A stretch of DNA of 64,000 bases, taken from the NCBI GenBank assembly GCA_965219955.1, contig OZ244799.1, positions 224,001 to 288,000 of the forward strand, given 5' to 3'. A model generated the notes under the pieces. The model did not search any database, was not told the origin of the DNA, and saw only the letters and a list, made by a program, of their open reading frames with translations. Of this stretch, positions 40,253-53,292 are shown in pieces. This stretch comes from a bacterium (lineage in GTDB: Bacteria; UBA8248). Position numbers and translations under genes: made by a program. Numbering within the stretch: the stretch's first letter is position 1; each line of letters opens with the position of its first letter.

Positions 40253-40938
40253 TGGCGCGAGAGGCGAGAAGAGGCCGGGACAGGGAGCCTGAGAATCCCG
40301 AGGAGCGTGAATTCATCGACCGGGTCATCTACGTGAACCGCGTGGCCAAGGTGGTGAAGGGCGGCAGGCGCTTCAGTTTCAGCGCCCTGGTGACCGTCGG
40401 CGACAGGAAGGGCCAGGTCGGCATCGGGATGGGCAAGGCGAACGAGGTGCCCGAAGCCATTCGCAAGGGCGTGGAGAAAGCCCGCAAGTCGATGGTGAAG
40501 GTGGCCCTCGACCAGGAGACCATTCCCCACCAGGCGATGGGCAAGTACGGCGCGGGCCGCGTGTTGCTCAAGCCGGCGGCGCGGGGAACGGGCGTCATCG
40601 CGGGCGGTCCCGTGCGCGCGGTGCTGGACGTCGCCGGGGTGCGCGACATATTGACGAAGTGCATCGGCACGAACAACCCGCACAACGCGGCCAAGGCGAC
40701 GCTGCAGGGTTTGTCCTCGCTGCGCAACCGGGAGGAAGTTCTCGCGCTCCGGGGCATCGGTTTGGCCGATGAGGCCGCCGAAGGCGCAGAGGCGGAGGCT
40801 GTCGAGGCAGTGGCGGTGGATACAGAGGTCACGGCGGAAGACGCCGTGGACAGCGACCCCGCAGCCGCCGAAGCGGGTGATGACGCCGACGCCCAGGACA
40901 GCGTCGACGCCGAAGATGACGGCGCGAAAGAAGAATAG
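40252..40938 (+). CDS. rpsE: 30S ribosomal protein S5 with acidic C-terminal tail
   Basis: [20 protein letters not shown]. Confidence 0.98.
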   Translation: MAREARRGRDREPENPEEREFIDRVIYVNRVAKVVKGGRRFSFSALVTVGDRKGQVGIGMGKANEVPEAIRKGVEKARKSMVKVALDQETIPHQAMGKYGAGRVLLKPAARGTGVIAGGPVRAVLDVAGVRDILTKCIGTNNPHNAAKATLQGLSSLRNREEVLALRGIGLADEAAEGAEAEAVEAVAVDTEVTAEDAVDSDPAAAEAGDDADAQDSVDAEDDGAKEE

Positions 40939-40946
40939 AGGAAAAG

Positions 40947-41135
40947 ATGGCGCAGGATAAAATTAAAATCACCTTGAAAAAAAGCTCGTCCGGCTCGAGC
41001 GTGAAGCAGCGCGCCGTTTTGCACGGGTTGGGCCTGAGGCGGATCAACCAGACGGTCGTGAAAGCGGACAACGCCTGCATTCGCGGCATGGTGTTCAAGA
41101 TCAAGCATCTCGTAGAAGTGGAGGAGGGGGCCTGA
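40947..41135 (+). CDS. rpmD: 50S ribosomal protein L30
   Basis: [15 protein letters not shown]; synteny. Confidence 0.96.
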   Translation: MAQDKIKITLKKSSSGSSVKQRAVLHGLGLRRINQTVVKADNACIRGMVFKIKHLVEVEEGA

Positions 41136-41149
41136 TCCCCCGGATTCAT

Positions 41150-41658
41150 ATGTCCGAGAACGACGCGAAGTCAGAAAATTCATATACGGGCCTGGGTGAT
41201 TTGTCCTCCCCGGACGGGGCGGTGAAGGCCCGGCGGCGCGTGGGGCGCGGCGCAGGCTCCGGCAGGGGCAAGACCTCGACCCGGGGGCACAAGGGTCAGA
41301 AATCCCGCTCCGGCTACAGCCGAAAAGTAGGTTTCGAGGGCGGCCAGATGCCGCTCCAGCGCCGCTTGCCGAAACGCGGTTTCAGTAACCGCTTCAAAAA
41401 AGAGTTTGCCGAGTTGAACGTGGGACGTTTGGGCGTTCTGGCGGCGGGCGCGAGCGTCGACGCCGACGCTCTCCAGGCGGCCGGACTGATCCGGAAAATG
41501 GGCAAGGACGGCGTCAAGCTCCTGGGTGAGGGCGAGGTCGATCGCGCGATTCACCTCAAAGTCCAGAAATGCAGCGAATCGGCCCGCCGGAAAATCGAGA
41601 GCGCGGGAGGCAGCGTCGAGATCGTGGCCCTGGCCGCGAAGCCGGAGGATAAAAGCGA

Positions 41659-41662
<4 letters not shown>
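41150..41662 (+). CDS. rplO: 50S ribosomal protein L15
   Basis: GFEGGQMPL, RLPKRGF. Confidence 0.98.
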
Positions 41663-42981
<1,319 letters not shown>

Positions 42982-42984
42982 CAA

Positions 42985-43614
42985 ATGAAAATCATTCTTT
43001 TGGGTCCTCCGGGTTCGGGGAAGGGGACTCAGGGAGCCGAACTCTCGAAATCCCTGCACGTGCCCGAAATCTCGACGGGAGACATGTTGCGTCAGGCGGT
43101 GGCGGAGAAGACGGCGCTGGGTCAGCAGGTGGGAGATGTCATCAACCAGGGTTGTCTCGTGCCGGATGACCTCATCATTTCGGTGATTGAGGAGCGCATC
43201 TCCCGCTCCGACTGCGGGCATGGCTTCATCCTGGATGGTTTTCCCAGGACGATTGAGCAGGGCGAGGCCCTGGAGAAAGTCTTGCCGGACAGCGTGGATG
43301 TGGTTATCTATTTCAATGTGTCGAGCGAGGCAGTGGTGGCTCGCCTGGCGGGTAGACTCACGTGCAGGAAATGCGGCGCCGTCTATCCCAACATGGACAC
43401 CTCGCTTTGCTCCGTTTGTGGAGGAGACCTCTACCAGCGCGAGGACGACATGACGAGCACCGTGCTTCGTCGCCTGGAACTGTATCGGGAGCATACCGAG
43501 CCGTTGGTGGCGTTTTATCGCGCAAAGGGCAAGCTCGCGGAGATCGACGGCGAGGGCAGCGTCGAGGACATCGCGCAGAGGGTGGAGGAAGGTATTGACC
43601 AGGTGCTGGCCTGA
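42985..43614 (+). CDS. adk: Adenylate kinase (zinc LID)
   Basis: GPPGSGKGTQ, LDGFPR, CxxC...CxxC. Confidence 0.98.
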   Translation: MKIILLGPPGSGKGTQGAELSKSLHVPEISTGDMLRQAVAEKTALGQQVGDVINQGCLVPDDLIISVIEERISRSDCGHGFILDGFPRTIEQGEALEKVLPDSVDVVIYFNVSSEAVVARLAGRLTCRKCGAVYPNMDTSLCSVCGGDLYQREDDMTSTVLRRLELYREHTEPLVAFYRAKGKLAEIDGEGSVEDIAQRVEEGIDQVLA

Positions 43615-44366
43615 TGGCCATTATCCTTCGTTCGCGAAAAGAAATAGAGCGTTTGCGGGCGAGCAACCGGGTGGTCATGAGCGTCATGTCGGAACTCAGG
43701 GAAGCGATTCGACCGGGCGTCACGACCCTGGAGCTGGATGCCCTGGCGGAACGGATTATTCGTGAACAGGGGGCGATACCCGCATTCAAGGGATACAGAG
43801 GCTATCGGCATACGATATGCGCTTCGATCAACGAAGAGGTGGTTCATGGGGTGCCCTCGGAGAAGAAGCTCGAGGAGGGGGATATCGTCAGCGTGGATGT
43901 CGGGGCGAAACTGTATGGCTACTATGGGGATCATGCCGTGACATTCCCCGTGGGCGAAGTTGATTCGGAGGCGAACAAGTTGTTGAAATGCTGTGAGGAG
44001 TCGCTTTTCAAGGGAATCGAGCAGGCCAAGCCGGGCAACCGGTTGTTTGATATTTCACATGCCGTGCAAAAGCACGCGGAAGGCGCCGGTTTTTCGGTGG
44101 TGCGCGCCTATGTGGGGCATGGGGTGGGGACGAATCTTCACGAAGAGCCCCAGGTTCCGAATTTCGGCGAACCCGGCACGGGGCCGGAGTTGAAGGCGGG
44201 CATGGTTCTCGCCATCGAGCCGATGCTGAACATGGGCGTTCACGACGTGAAGGTCTTAAGCGATGAGTGGACAGTCGTCACGGCGGACGAGAAACTCTCC
44301 GCGCATTTTGAGCATTCCGTGGCCATCACCGAAGACGGCCCGGATATTCTGAGCCTGGCAGCATGA
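43614..44366 (+). CDS. map: Methionine aminopeptidase type I
   Basis: [25 protein letters not shown]. Confidence 0.98.
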   Translation: MAIILRSRKEIERLRASNRVVMSVMSELREAIRPGVTTLELDALAERIIREQGAIPAFKGYRGYRHTICASINEEVVHGVPSEKKLEEGDIVSVDVGAKLYGYYGDHAVTFPVGEVDSEANKLLKCCEESLFKGIEQAKPGNRLFDISHAVQKHAEGAGFSVVRAYVGHGVGTNLHEEPQVPNFGEPGTGPELKAGMVLAIEPMLNMGVHDVKVLSDEWTVVTADEKLSAHFEHSVAITEDGPDILSLAA

Positions 44367-44650
44367 GGAGACCGCGCCGGGGGGGAAGCAGGAAGCAGCG
44401 AAAGCGCGATCAGGTGGAGCGCGAGGAGAGAGCTCCCAAGGAAGGCGTGATCGAGGTGGACGGGATCGTCGTGGAGCCTCTGCCGAACGCGATGTTTCGC
44501 GTTGAACTCGAAGGGGGCCACAAGGTATTGGCCCATATCTCGGGGAAAATGCGGATGCACTTTATCCGGATTCTTCCGGGGGACAACGTCAAGGTGGAAC
44601 TGTCCCCTTACGATTTGACGAGAGGGCGGATAACGAGTCGGTACAAGTAG
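44363..44650 (+). CDS. infA: Translation initiation factor IF-1 (start uncertain)
   Basis: [27 protein letters not shown]. Confidence 0.96.
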   Translation: MRRPRRGGSRKQRKRDQVEREERAPKEGVIEVDGIVVEPLPNAMFRVELEGGHKVLAHISGKMRMHFIRILPGDNVKVELSPYDLTRGRITSRYK

Positions 44651-44679
44651 ATGTTCCCAGTGAGATTTGGAGTCAGGCC

Positions 44680-44793
44680 ATGAAGGTGAGAAGTTCCGTC
44701 AAGCCGATGTGCGACAAGTGCAAGGTCATCCGCCGCAAGGGTGTTGTGCGCGTCTTGTGTTCGAACCCCAAGCACAAGCAGCGACAAGGCTGA
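44680..44793 (+). CDS. rpmJ: 50S ribosomal protein L36
   Basis: Manual translation [37 protein letters not shown]. Confidence 0.98.
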   Translation: MKVRSSVKPMCDKCKVIRRKGVVRVLCSNPKHKQRQG

Positions 44794-44824
44794 GGCGGCG
44801 ATAAGGAGATAAAGGAGAACGCGT

Positions 44825-45199
44825 ATGGCCCGTATAGCCGGAGTGGATATTCCCAACGAAAAGAACGTCAACATCGCTTTGACGTATATCTTTGGAATCG
44901 GGCGGACTTCCGCGAACAAGATAGTGGAAGAGGCGAACGTCAAAGCTTTCTCCAAGGTGAAGGACCTCACCGAAGCCGAAGTGCAGGCGTTGCGCGAGGT
45001 TATCGAGCGCGGCTATGCGGTGGAGGGCGACTTGAGGAGCCGGGTGACGATGAACATCAAGCGATTGATGGACATCGGCACGTACCGGGGGCTCCGGCAC
45101 CGCCGCGGACTGCCCGTTCGCGGGCAGAGAACCCACACGAACGCGCGCACCCGCAAGGGGCCGCGCAAGACGGTGGGCGCAAAGAAAAAGGACAACTGA
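44825..45199 (+). CDS. rpsM: 30S ribosomal protein S13
   Basis: [16 protein letters not shown]. Confidence 0.99.
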   Translation: MARIAGVDIPNEKNVNIALTYIFGIGRTSANKIVEEANVKAFSKVKDLTEAEVQALREVIERGYAVEGDLRSRVTMNIKRLMDIGTYRGLRHRRGLPVRGQRTHTNARTRKGPRKTVGAKKKDN

Positions 45200-45237
45200 T
45201 TTTTTGATTTCGTCTCTCACAGGGTAGGAGATTTCAA

Positions 45238-45639
45238 TTGGCGCAAGCGGGCAGAGGAAAGCGCGGTGGAAAGCGCCGTCGTGAGCGAAGAGCCATCGGC
45301 AAGGGCCAAGCTCATATTCTGGCGACCTTCAACAACACCATGATCTCGATTTCCGACACGGGCGGGAACGTGGTTTGCTGGTCGACGGCGGGCGGACAGG
45401 GTTTCAAGGGGTCTCGCAAGAGCACGCCTTTCGCCGCGCAGATGGCTGCCGCGGATGTCGCCAAAAAAGCGTTGGACCTGGGCGTGACTTCGGTGGAGGT
45501 ATTCGTGAGCGGTCCCGGCTCCGGCCGGGAAGCGGCGATTCGCTCGCTGGCCGCTGCGGGTCTCGAGGTGAGTCTCATTCGTGACGTAACGCCTATTCCC
45601 CACAATGGTTGCCGTCCACGGAAACGGCGCCGGGTCTAG
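45238..45639 (+). CDS. rpsK: 30S ribosomal protein S11
   Basis: [15 protein letters not shown]. Confidence 0.99.
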   Translation: MAQAGRGKRGGKRRRERRAIGKGQAHILATFNNTMISISDTGGNVVCWSTAGGQGFKGSRKSTPFAAQMAAADVAKKALDLGVTSVEVFVSGPGSGREAAIRSLAAAGLEVSLIRDVTPIPHNGCRPRKRRRV

Positions 45640-45665
45640 GTCAAGGCGAAGAGGGAGTTTGAATT

Positions 45666-46298
45666 TTGGCGCGATACAAGGATTCGGTTTGTCGGCTTTG
45701 CCGAAGAGAGGGGATGAAGCTCTTCTTGAAGGGAGATCGCTGCATCGGCGATAAATGCTCTTTCGAGAAGCGGAGCTTTCCACCGGGGCAGCATGGCGCG
45801 GCGCGTTCGCGGGGAAAGCTGAGCGAGTACGGGCTTCAACTCCGGGAGAAACAAAAGGCGCGCCGTGTGTACGGCGTGCTGGAGAAGCAGTTCCGGCTGT
45901 ATTACAAGGAAGCGGCGCGGCGCAAGGGCGTCACCGGCGACAACCTGTTTTCACTGCTCGAATCCAGGCTGGACAACGTCGTTTTCCGGGCGAGTTTCGC
46001 GGATTCACGGAACCAGGCGCGTCAACTGGTGATTCACAACCACGTCCGGGTGAACGGCCGGAAGGTGAATCGCCCGGCGTTCGTCGTGCGCAAGGGCGAT
46101 GTCGTCGAGATAAAGGAGAAGAGCAAGAAGATTGCGCTGATCGTGCAGAGCGCGGAGAAAGGGAAGGTGCGCGGCGCTCCCGCCTGGCTCGACGTGGACC
46201 ACGCCGATCTTCAGGCGCGCGTCCTGGAGCCGCCCAGTCTGATTGAATCACAGATCGACATCAACGCGCAGCAGATTGTGGAACTGTATTCCAAATAA
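45666..46298 (+). CDS. rpsD: 30S ribosomal protein S4
   Basis: [28 protein letters not shown]. Confidence 0.99.
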   Translation: MARYKDSVCRLCRREGMKLFLKGDRCIGDKCSFEKRSFPPGQHGAARSRGKLSEYGLQLREKQKARRVYGVLEKQFRLYYKEAARRKGVTGDNLFSLLESRLDNVVFRASFADSRNQARQLVIHNHVRVNGRKVNRPAFVVRKGDVVEIKEKSKKIALIVQSAEKGKVRGAPAWLDVDHADLQARVLEPPSLIESQIDINAQQIVELYSK

Positions 46299-46365
46299 TT
46301 GACGTGCTTGTTTCGACCAACTTGTTTTGAAAAGTGGTCAACCGCCGAACGGAGGACCAATAGAA

Positions 46366-47385
46366 ATGACAGCCATTGCTGATCTGGTCAAACCCGCTGG
46401 CCTGGAGCCGCAGCCGGAAAGTTTGACCGATACTTTCGGCCGTTTTGTCGCCGAGCCCCTGGAGCGCGGGTATGGCGTTACGCTGGGCAATGCGCTCCGC
46501 CGCGTGATCCTGTCTTCCCTGCAGGGAGCCGCTTTTACGGGCGTGCGCATCGAGGGGGTGTTTCACGAGTTTTCGAGCATTCCCGGCGTCATGGAAGACG
46601 TGACGGAAATCATCCTGAATCTCAAGGACGTCGTCATTGACGTGGAATCGGAAACTTTTCCGGTTCACATGCATTATCAGCATTCGGGTTCCGCCGGCGT
46701 ATTCAAGGCGGGGGATATCGAAGCCCCCGGGGGCGTGAAGGTGCTGACCCCCGAGGTGGAGATCGCCAACATGAACGATGAGGCGGAACTCGAGGTGGAA
46801 CTCGTGGCGAACATCGGCCGCGGCTACGTCCCCGCGGAGAGAAACGTGGATCTGTCCCTCGGCCCCCAGTTCATCCCGATGGACTCCATATTCTCCCCCA
46901 TCCGCCGCTGCACCTTCCAGGTGGAGAAAACACGGGTGGGCGACATCACGGACTACGACAAGCTGATTCTCGACGTGGAGACGAACGGAACCGTCGCCCC
47001 CGTGGATGCGGTTGCCCACGCGGCGAAGATATTGAAGGACAACCTCCAGATATTCATCAACTTCGAGGAAGAGCGTGCGCCGCAGGCGCCCAAGGTGGAT
47101 GAGCGCAAGCAAAGAATGGTGGAGAGTCTCGGCAGAAGCGTCGAGGAACTCGAGCTTTCGGTTCGCAGCTATAACTGCCTGAAAAACGCGCGGATCCGCA
47201 CTCTGGGCGAACTGGTGCAAAAAACGGAAGCCGAGTTGCTGAGAACGAGGAACTTCGGGCGCAAGAGTCTGAACGAAATTCGTGATATCCTCACGGGGAT
47301 GGGTTTGTCCCTCGGAATGGATTTGGGCTATATGAATCTCACGCCGCGCGAAGTGAGCGGGCAGGATGATTCCGAACAAGAATAG
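46366..47385 (+). CDS. rpoA: RNA polymerase alpha subunit
   Basis: [26 protein letters not shown]. Confidence 0.99.
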   Translation: MTAIADLVKPAGLEPQPESLTDTFGRFVAEPLERGYGVTLGNALRRVILSSLQGAAFTGVRIEGVFHEFSSIPGVMEDVTEIILNLKDVVIDVESETFPVHMHYQHSGSAGVFKAGDIEAPGGVKVLTPEVEIANMNDEAELEVELVANIGRGYVPAERNVDLSLGPQFIPMDSIFSPIRRCTFQVEKTRVGDITDYDKLILDVETNGTVAPVDAVAHAAKILKDNLQIFINFEEERAPQAPKVDERKQRMVESLGRSVEELELSVRSYNCLKNARIRTLGELVQKTEAELLRTRNFGRKSLNEIRDILTGMGLSLGMDLGYMNLTPREVSGQDDSEQE

Positions 47386-47396
47386 GAAATAGATAG

Positions 47397-47819
47397 ATGC
47401 GGCACCGATGGCACGGAAGAAAACTGGGACGCACCTCGAAGCATCGCGATGCCATGACGAGGAACATGGTGACGTCTCTCATCGACGAGGAGAGGGTGCG
47501 AACGACGCTGGCGAAGGCCAAGGAGGTGCGCCGCCACGCCGAGCGCATTATCACCACGGGCAAGAAAGGCACGCTCCACGCGCGGCGGCAGGTCGCCTCT
47601 TATCTCAAGACCCCCGCTGCGGTCGCCAAACTCATGGAGACCATCGCCCCGAGATATGCGGAGCGGCCCGGCGGCTATACCCGGATTCTGCGCCTCCCCC
47701 CCCGGCAGGGAGACGCCGCGCCCATGGCGCTCCTCGAGTTGATCGACAGGGACACCACGAGAGAAGAAGAAAGGCAGGAGCGGCGCCGGAAGAGAAAAGA
47801 GGCGCAAGGGGAAGCGTAG
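47397..47819 (+). CDS. rplQ: 50S ribosomal protein L17
   Basis: MRHR..RKLGR, RPGGYTRI. Confidence 0.99.
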   Translation: MRHRWHGRKLGRTSKHRDAMTRNMVTSLIDEERVRTTLAKAKEVRRHAERIITTGKKGTLHARRQVASYLKTPAAVAKLMETIAPRYAERPGGYTRILRLPPRQGDAAPMALLELIDRDTTREEERQERRRKRKEAQGEA

Positions 47820-47843
47820 AGGCCCTTATATGAGAGACTCCTG

Positions 47844-47877
47844 AAAGGAGAGCCGCCGAGGCTCTCCTTTTTTCTTT
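47844..47877 (+). terminator. Rho-independent terminator of the alpha operon
   Basis: AAAGGAGAGCC-GCCGA-GGCTCTCCTTT followed by a T tract. Confidence 0.85.
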
Positions 47878-47889
47878 GGCCGAAACGGA

Positions 47890-48330
47890 ATGGAGAGCGA
47901 GCCATTGTCTGATGCCAGAGGACGCCCGGATGCGGATGGCTGTTTCGTATGCGGACCCGCGAACCCGATTGGCCTGAAAATCAAGTTCCGGCTCGATGGC
48001 GACGTCTGCCGCGCCGAGTTCACGCCGCAGTCCGTCCACCAGGGCTACGACGGCGTCACGCACGGCGGCATCGTCTTCAGCGTTCTCGATGACGTCATGG
48101 CGAACTGGCTTTTCCTCAAAGGAATGCGCGCCTATTCGGCGAGAAGCGAAATCCGCTATCGCGACCCCCTTCCGGTCGGCACCCCCCTGCTGCTCGAGGG
48201 AAGGCTGAAGAAGAAAAAGGGCAGGTTCGTCGTCCTGGAGGGAAAAGCGACCAGGGCGGAAGACGGCCGGGCCGTCGCCGAGGCGGAGAGCACGTTCCAT
48301 GTCGTGGAAGAGGAGGCGGAGGGTTCATGA
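47890..48330 (+). CDS. PaaI-family hotdog thioesterase
   Basis: CFVCGPANPIGL, HQGY..HGG...LDD. Confidence 0.88.
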   Translation: MESEPLSDARGRPDADGCFVCGPANPIGLKIKFRLDGDVCRAEFTPQSVHQGYDGVTHGGIVFSVLDDVMANWLFLKGMRAYSARSEIRYRDPLPVGTPLLLEGRLKKKKGRFVVLEGKATRAEDGRAVAEAESTFHVVEEEAEGS

Positions 48331-49442
48331 AAATCGGGCTGCTCAGGGAAATCAAACAGGATGAATACAGGGTCGCCTTGACGCCCGGCGCCGTTGAGGC
48401 TCTAGCGGAGGCGGGCCACGCCGTGATGGTGGAAAAAGGGGCGGGCCTCGACGCCGGCATCGGGGATGCGGAATACAGGGCGGTGGGCGCGCGGGTCGTT
48501 TCGACGGCTGAGGAAATCTGGTCGGAGGGGGAGATGATCGTCAAGGTCAAGGAACCCCTGGAGGCGGAATTTCCGCTGATGCGCGAAGGGCAGATTCTGT
48601 TCGCCTTTTTGCATCTGGCCGCCTGCCGGCCCCTTGCGCGCGCCCTCGTGGAGAGCGGAGCCTGCGGCATCGCGTTCGAGACGGTGACTTCGTCCGAGGG
48701 CGTTTTGCCCATTTTGCAGCCCATGAGTGAGATCGCGGGCAGGATGGCCGTTCAGGAGGGCGCCAAGTATCTCGGAAAAAACCTGGGCGGACGCGGCGTT
48801 CTGCTGGCCGGGGCGCCGGGCGTTCCCCGCGGAAACGTGGTCATCCTCGGCGCGGGTATCGTCGGAAAGAACGCGGCCAAAATAGCGGTCGGCATGCACG
48901 CGGGCGTCACGGTCTTCGACATCAACCACGCGCGTCTCGAGTATATCGACGATATATTCGACGGCCGCGTCAAGACGCTGGTGTCCACGCGCTTTACCAT
49001 ACGCGAAGCCCTGCAGGAGGCGGATCTGGTCATCGGCGCCGTTTTGGTGCCGGGCGGGCGAACGCCGGTTCTGGTTTCGCGCGATATGCTGCGGGAGATG
49101 AACGCAGGCGCCGTCATCGTGGACGTTGCGGTGGACCAGGGCGGCTGCGTGGAGACGATACGGCCCACCTATCACTCGGATCCCACCTACCTCGTCGACG
49201 GCGTCGTCCACTACGGGGTGGCGAACATGCCGGGGGTCGTCCCCCGCACGAGCACCATCGCGCTCTCGAACGCCGTGCTGCCCTACGCCCTGGAACTGGC
49301 CAACTCGGGTCTCAAGGAAGCAGCGATGCGCAATCCGCACCTCGCCGACGGCCTGAACGTGGCCGGAGGGCGCGTCACGCACGCCGGCGTGGCGGAAGCC
49401 CTGGGAATGGAGGGCGCAAGCCCCCGGGAGGTGTTCGCCTAG
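48327..49442 (+). CDS. ald: Alanine dehydrogenase
   Basis: EIKQDEYRVALTP, KVKEP, PMSEIAGR, VDQGGC, VANMPG. Confidence 0.96.
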   Translation: MKIGLLREIKQDEYRVALTPGAVEALAEAGHAVMVEKGAGLDAGIGDAEYRAVGARVVSTAEEIWSEGEMIVKVKEPLEAEFPLMREGQILFAFLHLAACRPLARALVESGACGIAFETVTSSEGVLPILQPMSEIAGRMAVQEGAKYLGKNLGGRGVLLAGAPGVPRGNVVILGAGIVGKNAAKIAVGMHAGVTVFDINHARLEYIDDIFDGRVKTLVSTRFTIREALQEADLVIGAVLVPGGRTPVLVSRDMLREMNAGAVIVDVAVDQGGCVETIRPTYHSDPTYLVDGVVHYGVANMPGVVPRTSTIALSNAVLPYALELANSGLKEAAMRNPHLADGLNVAGGRVTHAGVAEALGMEGASPREVFA

Positions 49443-50167
49443 TCGCGTTCCGCGACCGGGACGCTCGCGTTTTCAGGCGATTTCTTGATGAGGTCCAGCA
49501 CGAATTTCCCTTGAATTTCCAGGTGCCGAATCACCAGGCGCTCGGCGGCTCTCGCGTCTCCGTCGAGAATGGCATCGAGTATCTCCTCATGCTCGGTCAT
49601 GGAGCCTTCGAGACGCCCGGGCGCGTGGAGCGTCACCACGCGGGTCTTCATGATCTGCTGCCGGAGGTTCCCGATGAGCCCCTGGAGCCTCGAGTTCTCG
49701 CAGGCGCTCGTGATGTGGCGGTGAAAATCGCGGTTCGCCGCCCAGTAGGCGTCCACCTCGCCGCGCTCGTGGCGGCGCTTCAACTGCTCGAAAAACGCGT
49801 GCAGCTTTTCGTTCGCACGTCCCTCGCGGAGGTTTGGGGTCGCGAGGCGCGTGGCGAGACCCTCGAGTACGCTCGTGATCGTGTAGATGTCCAGAACCTC
49901 ATCCTCGCCCACGAGGCTCACGTGCGCCCCCTTGTGCGGGACGACGGTGATGTAGCCTTCCGCCGCGAGTTCCCGGAAGGCTTCGCGTAGCGGGGTCCTG
50001 CTCACGCCCATCGATTCGGTCAGCGTCGTCTCGACCAGCTTATCTCCCGGCTGGAAGATGCCGTTCAGGATGGCGTCTTTTATCTGCTCCGACACCATCT
50101 TGCTCAGGGATTTGGGTTTTTCGATCTGAACGCCCGGTATCCGCACCTCAATCCCCCCATGACCCAT
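49439..50167 (-). CDS. GntR (FCD) family transcriptional regulator
   Basis: GVSRTPLREAF HTH; FH...EHEEILDAI. Confidence 0.92.
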   Translation of the reverse strand: MGHGGIEVRIPGVQIEKPKSLSKMVSEQIKDAILNGIFQPGDKLVETTLTESMGVSRTPLREAFRELAAEGYITVVPHKGAHVSLVGEDEVLDIYTITSVLEGLATRLATPNLREGRANEKLHAFFEQLKRRHERGEVDAYWAANRDFHRHITSACENSRLQGLIGNLRQQIMKTRVVTLHAPGRLEGSMTEHEEILDAILDGDARAAERLVIRHLEIQGKFVLDLIKKSPENASVPVAERD

Positions 50168-50225
50168 TACACGGGGTCAACGCTCCCGCGCCGGAGAAGT
50201 TCGCGAAGATGTCCATCGCCCAGCC

Positions 50226-51416
50226 TCACACCACGCCTTCTTCTCGAAGGGTGTTTCTTTGCGCCTCATCCATGCCGAGGACGGATTCGAGCACCTCTTC
50301 GGTGTGCTGGCCCAGCGTGGGCGGCGGCGTCCGCACGGCGCCCGGGGTCTCGGAGAGCTTGATGGGCACGCCGGTCACCTTCGTGGGGCCGGCGATGGGC
50401 ACGTCGATGTCCACCACCATCTCGCGCGCGAGAATCTGGGGCTCGTTCAGCACCTGCTCGAGATTGTTTATCGGGCCGCAGGGGATGCCCGCCTCCCGCA
50501 GGGTTCCGATGGTCTCTTCCACCGTCTTCTCGGCGAAGAAGGGGTCGAGAATCCCCTGGAGCTCCAGGCGGTTGTCCACCCTGTCCTTGTTGACGGCGAA
50601 CTTGGAGTCTTCCTTGATCCCGTCCAGCCCCATGGCGTCGCAGAACCTTCGCCAGAGGCTGTCGTTCCCCACGCCGAGGTTGAAGTAGCCATCCTTGCAC
50701 TTGTATGTCTCATACGGCGTGATGGAGGGATGCTTGTTCCCCCGCCTCGGCGGAAGCTTCCCGGTTCCGAAGTAGTTGTTCGCGTGGTAGGTGAGCAGGG
50801 CCACCTGCCCGTCGAGCATGCCGACGTCGACCATCTGGCCGACGCCGGTCTTCTCCCGGTGGTAGAGGGAGAGCAGAACCCCCTGGGCGGCGAGCATTCC
50901 CGCCGTGATGTCTCCAATGGATGCGCCGAACTTGCTGGGCGGGCCGTCGGGCTCTCCGGTGATGCTCATGATACCGCCTTCGCCCTGGATGACCACGTCG
51001 AAGCCGGGCTCGTTTTTCCGGGGGCCGGTCTGGCCGAACCCCGAGAGCGAGGCGAAGATGGCCGCGGGGTTGATGCGGTGGATCTCCTCCCAGGAAAACC
51101 CGAGCTTGTCCAGCGTGCCGGGCCGGAAATTCTCCACGACGACGTCGCCCTTGCGGATCAAGTCCCGCAGGAGTTCCTTTCCGCGCTCGTCCTTCAGGTT
51201 GAGCGTGAGGCTTTTCTTGTTGCGGTTGATCGAGATGAAGTACGTGCTCACCCCGTTCAGAAAGGGAGGCCCCCAGCCCCGGGTGTCGTCCCCGCCCTGG
51301 GGATGTTCGATCTTGATGACCTCCGCGCCCATATCGCCCAGCATCATGGTGCAATACGGGCCCGCGAGGATTCGCGTCAGGTCGACGACCCGGATGCCTT
51401 CCAGTGGTCCAGCCAT
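50226..51416 (-). CDS. Family III (CaiB/BaiF) CoA transferase
   Basis: PLEGIRVVDL, GAEVIKIE, NRNKKS, ENFRPG, PPTLGQHT. Confidence 0.95.
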   Translation of the reverse strand: MAGPLEGIRVVDLTRILAGPYCTMMLGDMGAEVIKIEHPQGGDDTRGWGPPFLNGVSTYFISINRNKKSLTLNLKDERGKELLRDLIRKGDVVVENFRPGTLDKLGFSWEEIHRINPAAIFASLSGFGQTGPRKNEPGFDVVIQGEGGIMSITGEPDGPPSKFGASIGDITAGMLAAQGVLLSLYHREKTGVGQMVDVGMLDGQVALLTYHANNYFGTGKLPPRRGNKHPSITPYETYKCKDGYFNLGVGNDSLWRRFCDAMGLDGIKEDSKFAVNKDRVDNRLELQGILDPFFAEKTVEETIGTLREAGIPCGPINNLEQVLNEPQILAREMVVDIDVPIAGPTKVTGVPIKLSETPGAVRTPPPTLGQHTEEVLESVLGMDEAQRNTLREEGVV

Positions 51417-51429
51417 GAATGTCGCTCCT

Positions 51430-52554
51430 TCAAACTCGGATGAGTGATATCAGCACGCCGGCCGCGATCGCCGAACCGATGACGCCCGCCACGTTGGGGC
51501 CCATCGCGTGCATGAGCAGAAAATTGCCCGGATTCTCGTCGGCCCCCACCTTCTGGACGACGCGGGCCGCCATGGGGACCGCGCTCACGCCCGCCGCCCC
51601 GATGAGGGGATTGATCGGCGTGCTGCTGAACGCCGCCATGATCTTGCCGAAGATGACGCCGGTGGCCGTGCCGATGCCGAAGGCGATGAAGCCGAGCAGG
51701 AGGATGCCGATGGTCTCCCACTTGAGAAACGTCTCGGCCGTCATCGAAGCGCCCACCGAGACGCCGAGGAATATCGTCACGATGTTGAGCAGCGCATCTT
51801 CCGAAGTCTTCAAGAGCCTCTCGACGACCCCGCACTCGCGGAAGAGGTTTCCGAGCATGAGCATCCCGATGAGGGGCGCCGCCGAGGGGAGGAGGAGGCC
51901 CGTGAGCAGCGTCGTGACGATGGGGAAGAGGATGCGGACGGGCTTTTCGATCTCCTTGAGCTGCATCATCTCCCGCGAGCGCTCCTCGCTGTTCGTCAGC
52001 GCCTTCATGATGGGAGGCTGTATCATCGGAACGAGCGCCATGTAGCTGTAGGCGGCCACGGCGATGGGGCCGAGCAGGTGGGGCGCCAGCTTGGAAGCCG
52101 TGTAGATGGCCGTGGGGCCGTCCGCCCCGCCGATGATGCCGATGGCGCCGGCTTCTGAGAGGTTGAAGCCCAGGAATATGCTCCCGAGCAGCGTGGCGAA
52201 AATGCCGAACTGCGCCGCCGCGCCCAGGAGCAGCGTCTTGGGGTTCGCGAGCAGCGGGCCGAAGTCCGTGAGCGCCCCGATGCCCATGAAGATCAGGGGC
52301 GGGAAAACGCCCGCCTTCACCCCGAAGTAGAAATAGCTGATGAGGCCGCCCTTATCGAAAATACCGGTTTCGGGGAGGTTCGAAAGCAGCATGCCGAATC
52401 CGATGGGCACCAGGAGCAGGGGCTCAAAGCCTTTCTGGATGGCCAGATAGAGAAGCAGGCAGGAGATGGCGAGCATGAGGACGTCGCCGAAATGAAGTGA
52501 CGCGAACCCGGTGAGGGAGATGAAATCGGCGATCGAATGGAACAGACTGCTCAT
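51430..52554 (-). CDS. Na+-translocating decarboxylase beta subunit (MmdB/OadB family)
   Basis: [46 protein letters not shown]. Confidence 0.96.
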   Translation of the reverse strand: MSSLFHSIADFISLTGFASLHFGDVLMLAISCLLLYLAIQKGFEPLLLVPIGFGMLLSNLPETGIFDKGGLISYFYFGVKAGVFPPLIFMGIGALTDFGPLLANPKTLLLGAAAQFGIFATLLGSIFLGFNLSEAGAIGIIGGADGPTAIYTASKLAPHLLGPIAVAAYSYMALVPMIQPPIMKALTNSEERSREMMQLKEIEKPVRILFPIVTTLLTGLLLPSAAPLIGMLMLGNLFRECGVVERLLKTSEDALLNIVTIFLGVSVGASMTAETFLKWETIGILLLGFIAFGIGTATGVIFGKIMAAFSSTPINPLIGAAGVSAVPMAARVVQKVGADENPGNFLLMHAMGPNVAGVIGSAIAAGVLISLIRV

Positions 52555-52958
52555 GAGACTTCCATCAGCAGCTGAGAGGCTTCCACCTTGTCGCCTTTCG
52601 CCACGTGAACCGCCTGAACGACGCAGTCCGAATCCGCCTGAATCACGTTCTCCATCTTCATGGCTTCCAGCACCAAAAGCGTATCGCCTGCGCGCGCCGA
52701 ATCGCCCGGCGCCACCTCGACGGCGAGGACCACGCCCGGAAGGGGGGCGAGTATCTTCCCGCCGACGCTCGTCGCCCTGGGCGCGGGCTTGCGCGCGGCG
52801 GGGGATGGACGGGGAGCGGCGGCCGCCTTCTCCTCCTCTTCCACCTCCACGCGATGCGTCTGCCCGTCTACCGTGATTTCGAGTTCGTCCGAGCCGGGGC
52901 CGCGCTCCACGCTCACCGCGTAGCGTTTCCCGTTGATGGTCAGATGGAAGTTTCTCAC
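52551..52958 (-). CDS. Biotin carboxyl carrier subunit (MmdC-like)
   Basis: EAMKMEN biotinylation motif; Ala/Pro linker; GTG start overlapping the upstream stop. Confidence 0.93.
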   Translation of the reverse strand: MRNFHLTINGKRYAVSVERGPGSDELEITVDGQTHRVEVEEEEKAAAAPRPSPAARKPAPRATSVGGKILAPLPGVVLAVEVAPGDSARAGDTLLVLEAMKMENVIQADSDCVVQAVHVAKGDKVEASQLLMEVS

Positions 52959-53275
52959 CGCCGCCTCCGCTGGCTGAGACGCCCCACGCGGGCGGACCGC
53001 GCCCAAAGGGAATTCGCGTTCCGCCGCACCTCGGGAACGTACACATCGGGCGTTTCGGTTTCGAGGAAATATCCGGCGGCGGCGGCCAGGACGAGTTCCA
53101 GATCGTCGCTTTCAGGCGCAGCCTCCTGCTCCACCGTGCCCGCATCAGGTTCGCGCCGCCCCGAGCCGACGAACCTCTCCAGAAGCAGGATGACCACCAT
53201 CAGCACGAGCAGGGAGCCGAAAACGACGCCCATGCCGATGATCGTCAGCATGATTCCGGGCATGAATGCATCCAC
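52955..53275 (-). CDS. OadG/MmdD-family membrane anchor subunit
   Basis: [17 protein letters not shown] segment; VLAAAA; C-terminal W..SAR motif. Confidence 0.85.
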   Translation of the reverse strand: MDAFMPGIMLTIIGMGVVFGSLLVLMVVILLLERFVGSGRREPDAGTVEQEAAPESDDLELVLAAAAGYFLETETPDVYVPEVRRNANSLWARSARVGRLSQRRRR

Positions 53276-53292
53276 GGGGAAGTCCTTATCCT

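Noticed and set aside
51430-53145. 571-aa beta subunit with a long N-terminal extension
   Set aside because: The extension overlaps the genuine biotin-carrier and OadG genes; the real start is ATG 52554.
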